A stretch of 64,000 bases of DNA, from positions 512,001 to 576,000 of the forward strand of contig CAWKKR010000004.1 of assembly GCA_963850305.1 (NCBI GenBank). Direction: 5' to 3'. The notes under the pieces are model-generated. The model did no database searches. It was not told the DNA's origin and saw only the letters and a list, made by a program, of their open reading frames with translations. The position numbers and the translations under genes were made by a program. Below are positions 49,587 to 57,971 of the stretch, in pieces (position 1 is the first letter of the stretch; each line of letters begins with the position of its first letter). This stretch comes from an uncultured delta proteobacterium (GTDB lineage Bacteria > Myxococcota_A > Polyangia > Polyangiales > Polyangiaceae).

Positions 49587-50865
49587 GACCATTCGCATCG
49601 ACCAGCTCGCTCGCGTCGAAGGCGAGGGATCGCTGACGATCCGCTTTTCGGGCAATCGACCGAAAGACGTGGAGCTCAGGATCTTCGAGCCGCCCCGCTT
49701 CTTCGAAGCGTTCCTCCGGGGCCGTTCGTGTCTCGAGGCCCCCGACCTCACCGCACGCATCTGCGGTATCTGTCCGGTCGCGTACCAGATGAGTGCTTGC
49801 GCGGCGATCGAGGACGCTCTGGGCGTAGACGTGGGCGCCGACATCCGGGCGCTCCGCCGCTTGCTGTACGCGGGTGAATGGATCGAGAGCCACTGCCTGC
49901 ACGTGTTCATGCTGCACGCGCCGGATTTTCTCGGGTACCCGAGCGGCGTGGCGATGGCGAAGGATCACCCCGAACCGGTACGAGCAGGACTCCGCATCAA
50001 GAAGGCGGGGAACGCCATCGTGCGCGCGCTGGGAGGCCGCGAGATCCACCCCATCAACGTGCGAGTCGGCGGATTCTATAGAGTGCCGTCGCGAAGCGAG
50101 CTCGAGGCACTCGTGCCGGAGCTCGAGTGCGCCCGCAAGCAGGCGCGCGAGAGCCTCGAGTGGATGGCAAGGTTCGACTTCCCGGACTTCGAGCGGGACT
50201 ACGAGCTCGTCGCGCTGCGAAGTGGTGACGACTACCCGACGTGCGGCGGACGACTCGCGTCGAACAAGGGTCTCGACGTCGCGGTGACCGACTACGATGA
50301 GTGGTTCACGGAGGAACAGGTGGAGTATTCCACGGCGCTCCACTCGACCCTGCGTGGGCGTGACGCCTACCTGTGCGGCCCGCTCTCACGGATCAATCTG
50401 GCGTTCGAGCGTCTCTCGCCTGCGGCACGGGAAGCCGCCGGGGCCGTCGGATTCTCGGTGCCGTGCATGAATCCGTTCAAGAGCCTGCTCGCCCGCTTGC
50501 TGGAGATCATTCACGCTCTCGACGAATCCCTTCGGTTCGTTGCTTCGTATACGGTGCCCGCGGTGCCGAGTGTTGATGTCCGGATGCACGAAGGGATCGG
50601 TCGGGGTGCCACGGAGGCGCCGCGCGGCCTTCTCTATCACCGCTACCAGCTCCGCGACGATGGCACGATCGAGAACGCGAAGATCGTCCCCCCGACGTCG
50701 CAGAACCAGAAATCCATCGAGCGCGACCTCTTCGAGATCGCACCTCGGCTCGCCGCGATGCCGCATCCGGCCGCCTGCACGCTGGCCGAGCAGACCGTCC
50801 GAAACCACGACCCTTGCATTTCTTGCTCCACGCACTTCCTGAAGCTCGACATCGTGCACGAGTGA
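49579..50865 (+). CDS. Group 3b [NiFe]-hydrogenase large (alpha) subunit
   Basis: RVEGEG, EPPRFFE, L1 RICGICP, EAPRG and L2 DPCISCSTH followed by a cleavable tail FLKLDIVHE. Confidence 0.94.
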   Translation: MARTIRIDQLARVEGEGSLTIRFSGNRPKDVELRIFEPPRFFEAFLRGRSCLEAPDLTARICGICPVAYQMSACAAIEDALGVDVGADIRALRRLLYAGEWIESHCLHVFMLHAPDFLGYPSGVAMAKDHPEPVRAGLRIKKAGNAIVRALGGREIHPINVRVGGFYRVPSRSELEALVPELECARKQARESLEWMARFDFPDFERDYELVALRSGDDYPTCGGRLASNKGLDVAVTDYDEWFTEEQVEYSTALHSTLRGRDAYLCGPLSRINLAFERLSPAAREAAGAVGFSVPCMNPFKSLLARLLEIIHALDESLRFVASYTVPAVPSVDVRMHEGIGRGATEAPRGLLYHRYQLRDDGTIENAKIVPPTSQNQKSIERDLFEIAPRLAAMPHPAACTLAEQTVRNHDPCISCSTHFLKLDIVHE

Positions 50866-50872
50866 CCTCCGC

Positions 50873-51361
50873 ATGCGAGGGCGCGTCATCGGGATCGGTC
50901 AGCAATCGGCGGGGGACGACGGGGCGGGGCTCGCCGTCATCGAGGCTCTGCGGCAGTATCCGGAAGCGCGCGACCTCGATCTGGTCGTCACGGACGACGC
51001 GAGTGACCTCATCGTGTTGCTCGAGTGTCCGGCTCCCGTGATCGTCGTGGACGCGGTCGTTGGAGCGGGGCCTCCGGGGCAGATCCTCGTCGTCACACCC
51101 GCATCGCTCGCGAACGCGCCCCCGTCGAGACTCTCGACGCATGGGCTCGGCGTCCGTCAAGCGATCGAGCTGTCGGCCATCCTGTCGCCGAACCTGGTCG
51201 CCAGGGAGATCCACATCGTTGCGCTCTGCATCGCCGAACCCGAGCGCGCGGTCATCGGGCTCTCGCCGCCGGTACGAGACGCGGCGGAGCGCGCCGCTCG
51301 CCTCGTCCTGGATATCGTCGACCGTCGCCGGCAGTCGAGTCGAGCGAGCTTCGAGCGGTGA
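50873..51361 (+). CDS. Hydrogenase maturation endopeptidase
   Basis: IGIG....GDDG.G, VVDA and STH motifs. Directly after the large subunit. Confidence 0.88.
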   Translation: MRGRVIGIGQQSAGDDGAGLAVIEALRQYPEARDLDLVVTDDASDLIVLLECPAPVIVVDAVVGAGPPGQILVVTPASLANAPPSRLSTHGLGVRQAIELSAILSPNLVAREIHIVALCIAEPERAVIGLSPPVRDAAERAARLVLDIVDRRRQSSRASFER

Positions 51362-51367
51362 AATGAC

Positions 51368-52027
51368 TCACTTGAACGGGATCAGAAACCCGGACTGATG
51401 ACCCGATCGTTGAGGGTTGAAATGGTACGTGTGTGGCCGCTGATGATGTTCCGCGTGTTGTTCACACCAGAACTCCTTGCCGTTGGTCACTCGACGCGTT
51501 TCGAGGCAACGCGGGCAGGGTGGTTCGATCTTGGGGGTTTTGATCCCGGCAACCGATCCGGCGGGACGGAACACGAGGACGGGGCAAGGAGCCAGCCTGA
51601 TCGTCGCCTCCGCGACCGAACCGAGGAAGAAATGCCCCGCGCCCCGGCGACCATGGGTTCCCACGATCACGAGGTCGGCTTCGACATCGGCGGCGAGCTG
51701 GGAGATCACCTCTGCGGGGTGGTAAAGGCCGATGTGGGTCATCAATCGGTCGAACGGGGCGCCGCTGCTGAAGCGGTCCGCATGCCGGGCCAGCAGTTCC
51801 TCCACATGGGCTTGCAAGCGCAGGGATTCCTCGGACAGGTCGGGCGCCGTCACCGCGCCCACCGGGAGCACCGTGACCCTTCCGATGACGTGAACGACGT
51901 GAATCTGGGTCGGCTGGTGCCTTCCTGCGATGTCGATGGCGTAATCGAGAGCTCCACTGCCGAGATCGGAGTAGTCGATCCCGACGACGATCGTGAAAGG
52001 CTTCGTTTCTCGGCTGGCTTGGGTCAT
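51368..52027 (-). CDS. Universal stress protein with C-terminal Cys/His extension
   Basis: IVVGIDYS and DLVIVGTHGRRG...FFLGSVAE...R.APCPV; tail CPRC...WCEQH..HH...H. GGAGG RBS. Confidence 0.88.
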   Translation of the reverse strand: MTQASRETKPFTIVVGIDYSDLGSGALDYAIDIAGRHQPTQIHVVHVIGRVTVLPVGAVTAPDLSEESLRLQAHVEELLARHADRFSSGAPFDRLMTHIGLYHPAEVISQLAADVEADLVIVGTHGRRGAGHFFLGSVAEATIRLAPCPVLVFRPAGSVAGIKTPKIEPPCPRCLETRRVTNGKEFWCEQHAEHHQRPHTYHFNPQRSGHQSGFLIPFK

Positions 52028-52048
52028 ATCGCCTCCTGCCGCTTTCGA

Positions 52049-52064
52049 TGCATGCAATGGGCCA
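52049..52064 (-). promoter_or_regulatory. sigma54 -24/-12 promoter of second usp
   Basis: Minus strand TGGCCCATTGCATGCA (GG-N10-GC). Confidence 0.62.
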
Positions 52065-52148
52065 ATCGGGCGGCCGCGGTTCCCGGTGAAGAGGGACGCC
52101 CCGGAAGTGATTCTTTCGGTCCGATGACGGTGCAATTCCGTCGCTCCC

Positions 52149-52163
52149 GCGCACGGAGTGCGC
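52149..52163. promoter_or_regulatory. Candidate enhancer (UAS) palindrome
   Basis: GCGCACGGAGTGCGC, ~85 bp upstream of the usp promoter. A partial copy, GTGCAATTCCGTCGC, lies at 52130-52144. Confidence 0.5.
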
Positions 52164-52225
52164 CCCGTTAGTTCAGCATCGACGCCTAAGCAATTCCCTC
52201 CCCCTGCTTGACGCCAGGGTTCGGT

Positions 52226-52999
52226 TCAATGGGAGTCGATCCCCGCCCTCTTCGCGAGCGCTCGATCGATGAGCTCGTGGAGGGCTCCTTCCACCTCGTG
52301 CCGAAGCCGCTCGGCCACCTCCGGGTCTTCGGCCTGATCCGGACGGGCCTGCGGCATGATCGGGTCACCCACCAGGTAGCGCAAGCGAACGAGATGGGGG
52401 ATCGGAAGAATTCGCGAAGGCAACGGGATTGGAAAGTCGTTCCGATGCAGCCATCGCCGGCCGCGTGTGTAGGCGTCGCCCACGAAGTCGAAAGCATCGT
52501 CGGCGCCGATGGCCGCGAGCGGCACGAGGGGAGCCTGATTGCGGATTGCCGCCCGCACGAAGCCGTAGCGATTCCCCCAGAGCAAGCGATAACGGAGCTC
52601 CCGCGGTTTGACGGCTTCGCGAAGCCCGCCGGGCAAGACGAGTACGAGCTCATCACGGCTGAGTAGCCGATCGACATTCTCCGGAGTGCCGTCGACCGTG
52701 CCGGTCGCCGCGGCAATCCGTCTCAGAAAGGGCACGCGCCACCACGCGTGCTCGCCGAGCGCCCAGACCGTTCGGTGGAGCTCCTCGCCGATGGCCGCCA
52801 TTGGAAAGAGCACGTCCCAGCCGAACGCATGATTCGCGACGAGAAGCGCCCGGCCGCGGGGGACCTTCTCGAGTCCTTCGATCTCCACCTTCAGCCGCCG
52901 CGAAACCCACGTGACAGCTGCATACAAGCGTCGCGCGGAATCCGGCGAGAAGGCGACGAAGGCGTCCCGGTATTCGGGACGAAAGCGATCGATAGTCAT
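52226..52999 (-). CDS. Lysophospholipid/acylglycerol acyltransferase (PlsC/DGAT2-like)
   Basis: NHAFGWD (HX4D), PGG.REA and GFVR.A....AP.VP motifs. Confidence 0.85.
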   Translation of the reverse strand: MTIDRFRPEYRDAFVAFSPDSARRLYAAVTWVSRRLKVEIEGLEKVPRGRALLVANHAFGWDVLFPMAAIGEELHRTVWALGEHAWWRVPFLRRIAAATGTVDGTPENVDRLLSRDELVLVLPGGLREAVKPRELRYRLLWGNRYGFVRAAIRNQAPLVPLAAIGADDAFDFVGDAYTRGRRWLHRNDFPIPLPSRILPIPHLVRLRYLVGDPIMPQARPDQAEDPEVAERLRHEVEGALHELIDRALAKRAGIDSH

Positions 53000-53080
53000 G
53001 GTTCGTTACCCGCGGAGCTCGTGGCCCGGGGATCCGCGTCTACGCGCTTTGCCGCCCGCGCAAAGTTAATTTCGGGTCGC

Positions 53081-53115
53081 CGGTGCATGCGCGGAGCGAA
53101 GCGCCGCATGCACCG
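53081..53115 (-). terminator. Stem-loop downstream of hsp20 (possible terminator/stabiliser)
   Basis: 11-bp perfect inverted repeat CGGTGCATGCG...CGCATGCACCG. No clear U-tract. Confidence 0.45.
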
Positions 53116-53132
53116 CGCGATCCGATGGGAAA

Positions 53133-53603
53133 TCACGCTGTCCGGACCTTCACCTCGCGCGGTTTGGATTCCGGTTTCTTCGCCAGAACCAGCTTGAGGA
53201 CGCCGTCCTTGAGATCGGCTCGGACCGAATCCGCGTCGACGCCTTCGGGGAGCGCGAACGATCGGGTGAACGAGCCATAAGAGCGCTCGTACGAATAGTA
53301 CGTGTCGCTCTTGTCGGTCTTTTCCGCCTCGCGCTTGCCGCTCACGGTCAGACGGTTGTCGTTCATGTGGACTTCGAGATCCTTCGCATCGACACCCGGC
53401 ACATCGGCCTTGAATTCGAACGCGTCCTTCGTTTCCTTGATCTCGAACGCGGGCGCGAACGAGGCGACGCCTTCGAGCGACGCGCCCTGCCGGAAGGGAT
53501 CCCACTGCAAGAGCTCGCGGAAAGCCGTGAAAGGATCCCACGTCGCTCGCGCGGCGAGCTTCCGGTTGTCATTGGTGTGCTTGTCGACTGTGATATTTGC
53601 CAT
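53133..53603 (-). CDS. Hsp20/alpha-crystallin small heat-shock protein
   Basis: E.KD.F...ADVPG, L.VSGKR and ERSYGSF.RSF.LP..VD...A...DGVL motifs. Confidence 0.94.
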   Translation of the reverse strand: MANITVDKHTNDNRKLAARATWDPFTAFRELLQWDPFRQGASLEGVASFAPAFEIKETKDAFEFKADVPGVDAKDLEVHMNDNRLTVSGKREAEKTDKSDTYYSYERSYGSFTRSFALPEGVDADSVRADLKDGVLKLVLAKKPESKPREVKVRTA

Positions 53604-53688
53604 TCTTCATTCCTCCATTTGAATGAGATCACCCTCGCCGGAGCTACCCGCCCCTGGGGTTTCTCTGGACGGGGTCAACCCTCGCTGG

Positions 53689-53704
53689 AGCAACCCGCAT
53701 GCCA
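53689..53704 (-). promoter_or_regulatory. sigma54 -24/-12 promoter of hsp20
   Basis: Minus strand TGGCATGCGGGTTGCT. Confidence 0.78.
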
Positions 53705-53755
53705 ACGCGCGCGGGTCGGCGACGCTGCCGTGCGCGCGCCGCCGCACGTATTCGG

Positions 53756-53771
53756 TGGCACGCCTGTTGCT
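53756..53771 (+). promoter_or_regulatory. sigma54 -24/-12 promoter of pcm fusion
   Basis: TGGCACGCCTGTTGCT is near-perfect consensus; 14 nt to the ATG. Confidence 0.82.
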
Positions 53772-53784
53772 GGCTCGAACTCCC

Positions 53785-55780
53785 ATGTCCGAGTTCGAGC
53801 GCTTGCGCTCACGCATGGTCGATTTGCAGCTTGCTCGCCGCGGCATCACCGACCCGCGGATTCTGGACGCCTTTCGCTCGGTCCCGCGGGAAGAGTTCGT
53901 GCCGGCGGAGCTCGGAGAATTCGCGTACGAAGATGCGCCGCTCCCGATCGGGGAGGAGCAGACCATCTCGCAGCCATACATCGTCGCATTGACGATAGAG
54001 GAGCTCGGTCTGCGCGGCGGCGAGCGCGTCCTCGAAGTGGGAACCGGGTCCGGGTACGCCGCGGCCGTGCTGGGTCGCGTGGCGAGGGAGGTCTACACGA
54101 TCGAACGCCGTCCGCTCCTCTCGGAGGCGGCAGCGGAACGGCTTTCACGTCTCGGCTTCGCCAACGTGCATGTCACGAGTGGGGACGGCTCTCTCGGCTG
54201 GCCCGAGCACGCACCCTACGACGCGATTGCGGTCGCCGCCGGAGGGCCGAAGCCGCCGCCCGCGCTCCTGTCGCAGCTGGCAATCGGCGGTCGTCTCGTG
54301 ATTCCGGTCGGTGAAGACATCTCCTCGCAAGTGCTCGTACGGATCACCCGCGAGGGGGAGAATCGGTATCGAGAAGAGCCTCTCACGGGTGTCCGGTTCG
54401 TGCCGCTCGTCGGTGAACAGGCATGGGCCGAGGAAGGCTCGAACGTCATCGCGTCCCCGCCCCGCCCTCGAGGCTCCTCGGGTCTCGCCGCACTCGTGCG
54501 TGAAACCGCGGAGCCAATCGACGACATCGAGACCGGTTCGGTCGATGCGATCCTCGATCGGATCGGGGACGCGCGGGTCGTCCTGCTCGGCGAGGCGACC
54601 CACGGCACGAGCGAGTTTTACCGGATGAGGGCGCGCCTCTCACGGGAGCTCATCCTGCGACGCGGGTTTCAGTTCGTCGCCGTCGAGGCCGACTGGCCCG
54701 ACGCCGCTCGCATCGACGACTACGTTCTCGGCGGCGAGCGTCGATTCGAAGCTAGAATTCACTCCGTTCGCTCGATTCCCCACCTGGATGTGGCGCAACC
54801 AAGAGGTGCATGCGTTCGTCGAATGGCTCCGCGCGTACAACGCCGAGCAGGGCCGGCACGCGGGCTTCCACGGGCTCGACCTCTACAGCCTCTTCACGTC
54901 GATCGCGGCGGTCCTCACTTACCTGAACGAGGTCGACCCCGACGCCGCGAAGGTCGCGCGTCACCGCTACGGCGCGCTGACGCCCTGGCAGAAGGATCCA
55001 GCCGCTTATGGTCGGGCGGTCCTCGCCGGGCGTTACGAGAGCTCCGAGCTGGAGGTCGTGGCGATGCTTCGCGATCTGCTCGAGCGCCGGATGGACTATG
55101 CCGCTCGCGACGGCGAACGGTTCTTCGATGCGGCGCAGAACGCGCGGCTCGTCGCGGATGCGGAGCGCTATTACCGGGCGATGTACTACGGTGCGGCGGC
55201 TTCCTGGAACCTGCGCGATGCACACATGTTCGAGACGTTGCAGTCGTTACTCGGGTTTTACGGTCCGGAATCCAAGGGGATCGTCTGGGAGCACAACTCG
55301 CACGTGGGCGACGCGACGGCCACCGAGATGAGCGCGCGCGGCGAGCACAACGTCGGGCAGCTCTGCAGGGTGGCATTCGGCGAACGGGTCCAAATCATCG
55401 GCTTCGGGACAGACCACGGCACCGTCGCGGCGGCTTCCGACTGGGACGAACCGATGGAGCGCATGCGCGTCTTGCCGGCCCGGAACGGAAGCTACGAGCG
55501 CATCTTCCACGAAAGCGCGGTGCCGGCATTCGCCCTTCCCTTGCGAAGACCGGCGCGCCGCGCGGTACGCGACGAGCTGATGCCGTCCCTCCTCGAACGC
55601 GCCATCGGCGTCGTATATCGACCGCAGACGGAGCTGCAGAGCCACTACTTTTCCGCGAGCCTCCCGCGCCAGTTCGACGAATACATCTGGTTCGACGAAA
55701 CGCGCGCGGTGAGTCCCCTCGGCGAGTTGCGCCGTCCGCCGAGCGGCGAGTTACCCGACACGTACCCGTTCGGCCTGTGA
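53785..55780 (+). CDS. pcm: Protein-L-isoaspartate O-methyltransferase fused to erythromycin-esterase-family domain; one frameshift at ~54745
   Basis: QTISQP, VLEVGTGSGY and FVPL, then LLGEATHGTSEFY and EADWPD. Removing one T from CGATTCG joins to RFPTWMWRN...WEHNSH...QFD. Confidence 0.88.
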
Positions 55781-55782
55781 AG

Positions 55783-55856
55783 CGCGCCACGCAGGAGTCG
55801 AACCTGCGACCTACGGCTCCGGAGGCCGTCGCTCTATCCAGCTGAGCTAGTGGCGC
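55783..55856 (-). tRNA. tRNA-Arg(CCG), CCA not encoded
   Basis: Cloverleaf: acceptor GCGCCAC/GTGGCGC, D-arm GCTC/GAGC, anticodon arm ACGGC-CTCCGGA-GCCGT and T-arm GCAGG-TTCGACT-CCTGC. Confidence 0.95.
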
Positions 55857-55917
55857 TTGATGAGAGCGGGGTTTGTCGCACGGTCGGCGAGGTCGGGCAA
55901 GGGGCGCGGGACGAGCG

Positions 55918-56304
55918 TCATTCGTAACGGAATGCGAGGAGGAGTTCGACGAGCGCGGGGAGCGCGGCAACGCCCTTCGTCGCGTGGTTGAAGGCGAGCC
56001 CCGCTATCTGGTTCCCGGCAGGCGCCAGCCGAACCCAGGCCACCGTCGCCGGCACGACGAGGGGGTCCCAGAGGTTCGGCGCGGTCACCTCCAGCGTAAC
56101 GAGGTGGCCCGCGCCGAACGACGGTGCCGCGGGCACCTCGATGCAGGCCCCACCAAGGCCAAGGTTGACGAGGCGCGCAGGCCTCGGACCCTGGGCCTGC
56201 GTCGCGATGGTGACCGGAAGATTGATGACCCGACGGGCAAAGGCCCGAAAATGCCGCGGCGCCGCCATTTCCGGGAACGCTACCACCGGGGCCACCGGGG
56301 CCAC
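55918..56304 (-). CDS. PilZ-domain protein
   Basis: RAFARR (RxxxR) and NLGLGGACI, with a VAWVR...GLAF beta-barrel pattern. Start uncertain. Confidence 0.72.
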   Translation of the reverse strand: MAPVAPVVAFPEMAAPRHFRAFARRVINLPVTIATQAQGPRPARLVNLGLGGACIEVPAAPSFGAGHLVTLEVTAPNLWDPLVVPATVAWVRLAPAGNQIAGLAFNHATKGVAALPALVELLLAFRYE

Positions 56305-56459
56305 CGGGAAAGGAGCGCCGGGAGCCGGAGGCGACGGTAAAGTCTCGAATAAGGATGGCCGCGCGCCAGTTTACTTGGGTATCCGGGGGCTCGTAGCTAC
56401 GATATGTTGTCGGTTTCCCTGGCGTGCTTTCACAGGCGCCCGTCGCTCAAGGGCCGAGA

Positions 56460-57950
56460 ATGATCCCAGAAACTCGAAAAGATCCTCGTGCCAAGGTGCT
56501 GTCAATGACGGTGCGCTACAAGAGCGCCAACGTCGATGAGTTCATCGAGCACCACTCGCACGACGTCAGCCGCGGCGGCATGTTCATCAAGACGCCGACC
56601 CCGTTCCCAGCCGGCACGTTGCTGAAGTTCGAGGTCCGCATCGCCGAGGAGCAAAAGGTGATGCAGGGCGTCGGCCGCGTCGTGTGGAAGCGGGAATCGA
56701 CGACCGGGTCGGAATCGCCTTCGGGGATGGGCGTGAAGTTCATCAAGCTCGACGACGACTCGAAGCACATCATCGATCGCCTCGTCGGGTCCCGAGGCGA
56801 GAAAGAGGGAACGTTCGATGCGGGCGAGCGCGCAGCCAGCACGGCGGCTCCGGCGCCGACCCCCGCGCCTGCACCCGCACCAACGCCCGCCGAGTCCAAG
56901 CCGATCCCGATGCGCAAGGGAACGATGATTGGACTCGGTGCCGTGAAGGTACCGGAGACACCCGCAGCGACTCCAGCGACGGCGGCGACCCCGTCCGGCG
57001 GTTTCTTTCCGAACAGCGCCCCGGCGGAGCAACCCGCACCGGAGGACCGGACCGTGATGCGGCAGGCGGCGGAGCTCCTTCGCGAGGCGCTCCGCGAGGC
57101 CGGCAGCTCGATGGAGGAAATCGGAGCGACCGGCGCTGCACCGATCGTGACGGCGCCTGCCGTGGAAACACCGCCCGGCGCCATCGCGAAGATTGCGTCG
57201 CCGTCGCCGCCCGACGTGGCGCCCGCGAAAGTGAAGTCCACGCCGCCCGCCGCGGCGGAGGCGCCGGCAGCGCTGAATGCTCCGGTCCAGCGGGCGGCGA
57301 GCGAGCGGCCGGTAGCCTCCAGCCCCCCGCCACGCTCCGAACCACCCGTGGAATCGATTCGAGTGCCCAAGAAGGGCATGGGACCGGTGCTGTGGGTGGT
57401 GCTCGGCGCTGCCGCGGTCGCCGGCGGGATCTTCTACTTCTCGCAGCCGAACAAGTCCGACGAAACCGCGCCGACGGCAGCGACGACGACGGTGACGCCC
57501 GCAACGGCGGTCACGCCGGCGGCACCGACGGTAACTGCGCCGCCCGCGGCCAGTGCTGCGGCCAGTGCCGAACCTGCCGCGAGCGCCGAGGCAACGGCCA
57601 GCGCGGCGCCGATCGCATCCGCGGCACCGCCGGAGTCCGCGGCTCAAAAGGCTGCAGACGCAAAGGCCGAGGTCGAGGCCAAGAAGGCCGAAATGGCCGC
57701 CGCCAAGGAAGCTGCAGCCGACGAAAGAAAGGCCGCAGCGGAGGCGAAGAAGGCCGCGGCAGAGCAGGCCGCACAGGACCGGAAAGCGGCTCAGGAAGCG
57801 GCTCGGGCCGCCGCGGCGGCTCGCGCGGCGGCTGTCATGAAAGCGCCCGCGCCGGAGAACGCGGCACCGCCGGCACCGCGGCCGGTCGCGCCGAAAGCTC
57901 CCGTCGCTCCAAAGCCTGCCCCGAAGCCAGCCGACGACAATCCATACTGA
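56460..57950 (+). CDS. TIGR02266-like PilZ protein with Pro/Ala-rich linker, TM helix and TolA-like Ala/Lys tail
   Basis: RKDPR...DVSRGGMFIKT..P...GT....GRVVW...GMGVKF motifs. TM VLWVVLGAAAVAGGIFYF. Confidence 0.82.
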   Translation: MIPETRKDPRAKVLSMTVRYKSANVDEFIEHHSHDVSRGGMFIKTPTPFPAGTLLKFEVRIAEEQKVMQGVGRVVWKRESTTGSESPSGMGVKFIKLDDDSKHIIDRLVGSRGEKEGTFDAGERAASTAAPAPTPAPAPAPTPAESKPIPMRKGTMIGLGAVKVPETPAATPATAATPSGGFFPNSAPAEQPAPEDRTVMRQAAELLREALREAGSSMEEIGATGAAPIVTAPAVETPPGAIAKIASPSPPDVAPAKVKSTPPAAAEAPAALNAPVQRAASERPVASSPPPRSEPPVESIRVPKKGMGPVLWVVLGAAAVAGGIFYFSQPNKSDETAPTAATTTVTPATAVTPAAPTVTAPPAASAAASAEPAASAEATASAAPIASAAPPESAAQKAADAKAEVEAKKAEMAAAKEAAADERKAAAEAKKAAAEQAAQDRKAAQEAARAAAAARAAAVMKAPAPENAAPPAPRPVAPKAPVAPKPAPKPADDNPY

Positions 57951-57971
57951 CGCGCTAGGTAGAGGCGGCTG

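Noticed and set aside
53623..55845. 740-aa ORF as a single real protein running over the tRNA
   Set aside because: After ~54745 it is out-of-frame Arg-rich text; the conserved esterase sequence continues in the 54788-55780 frame.
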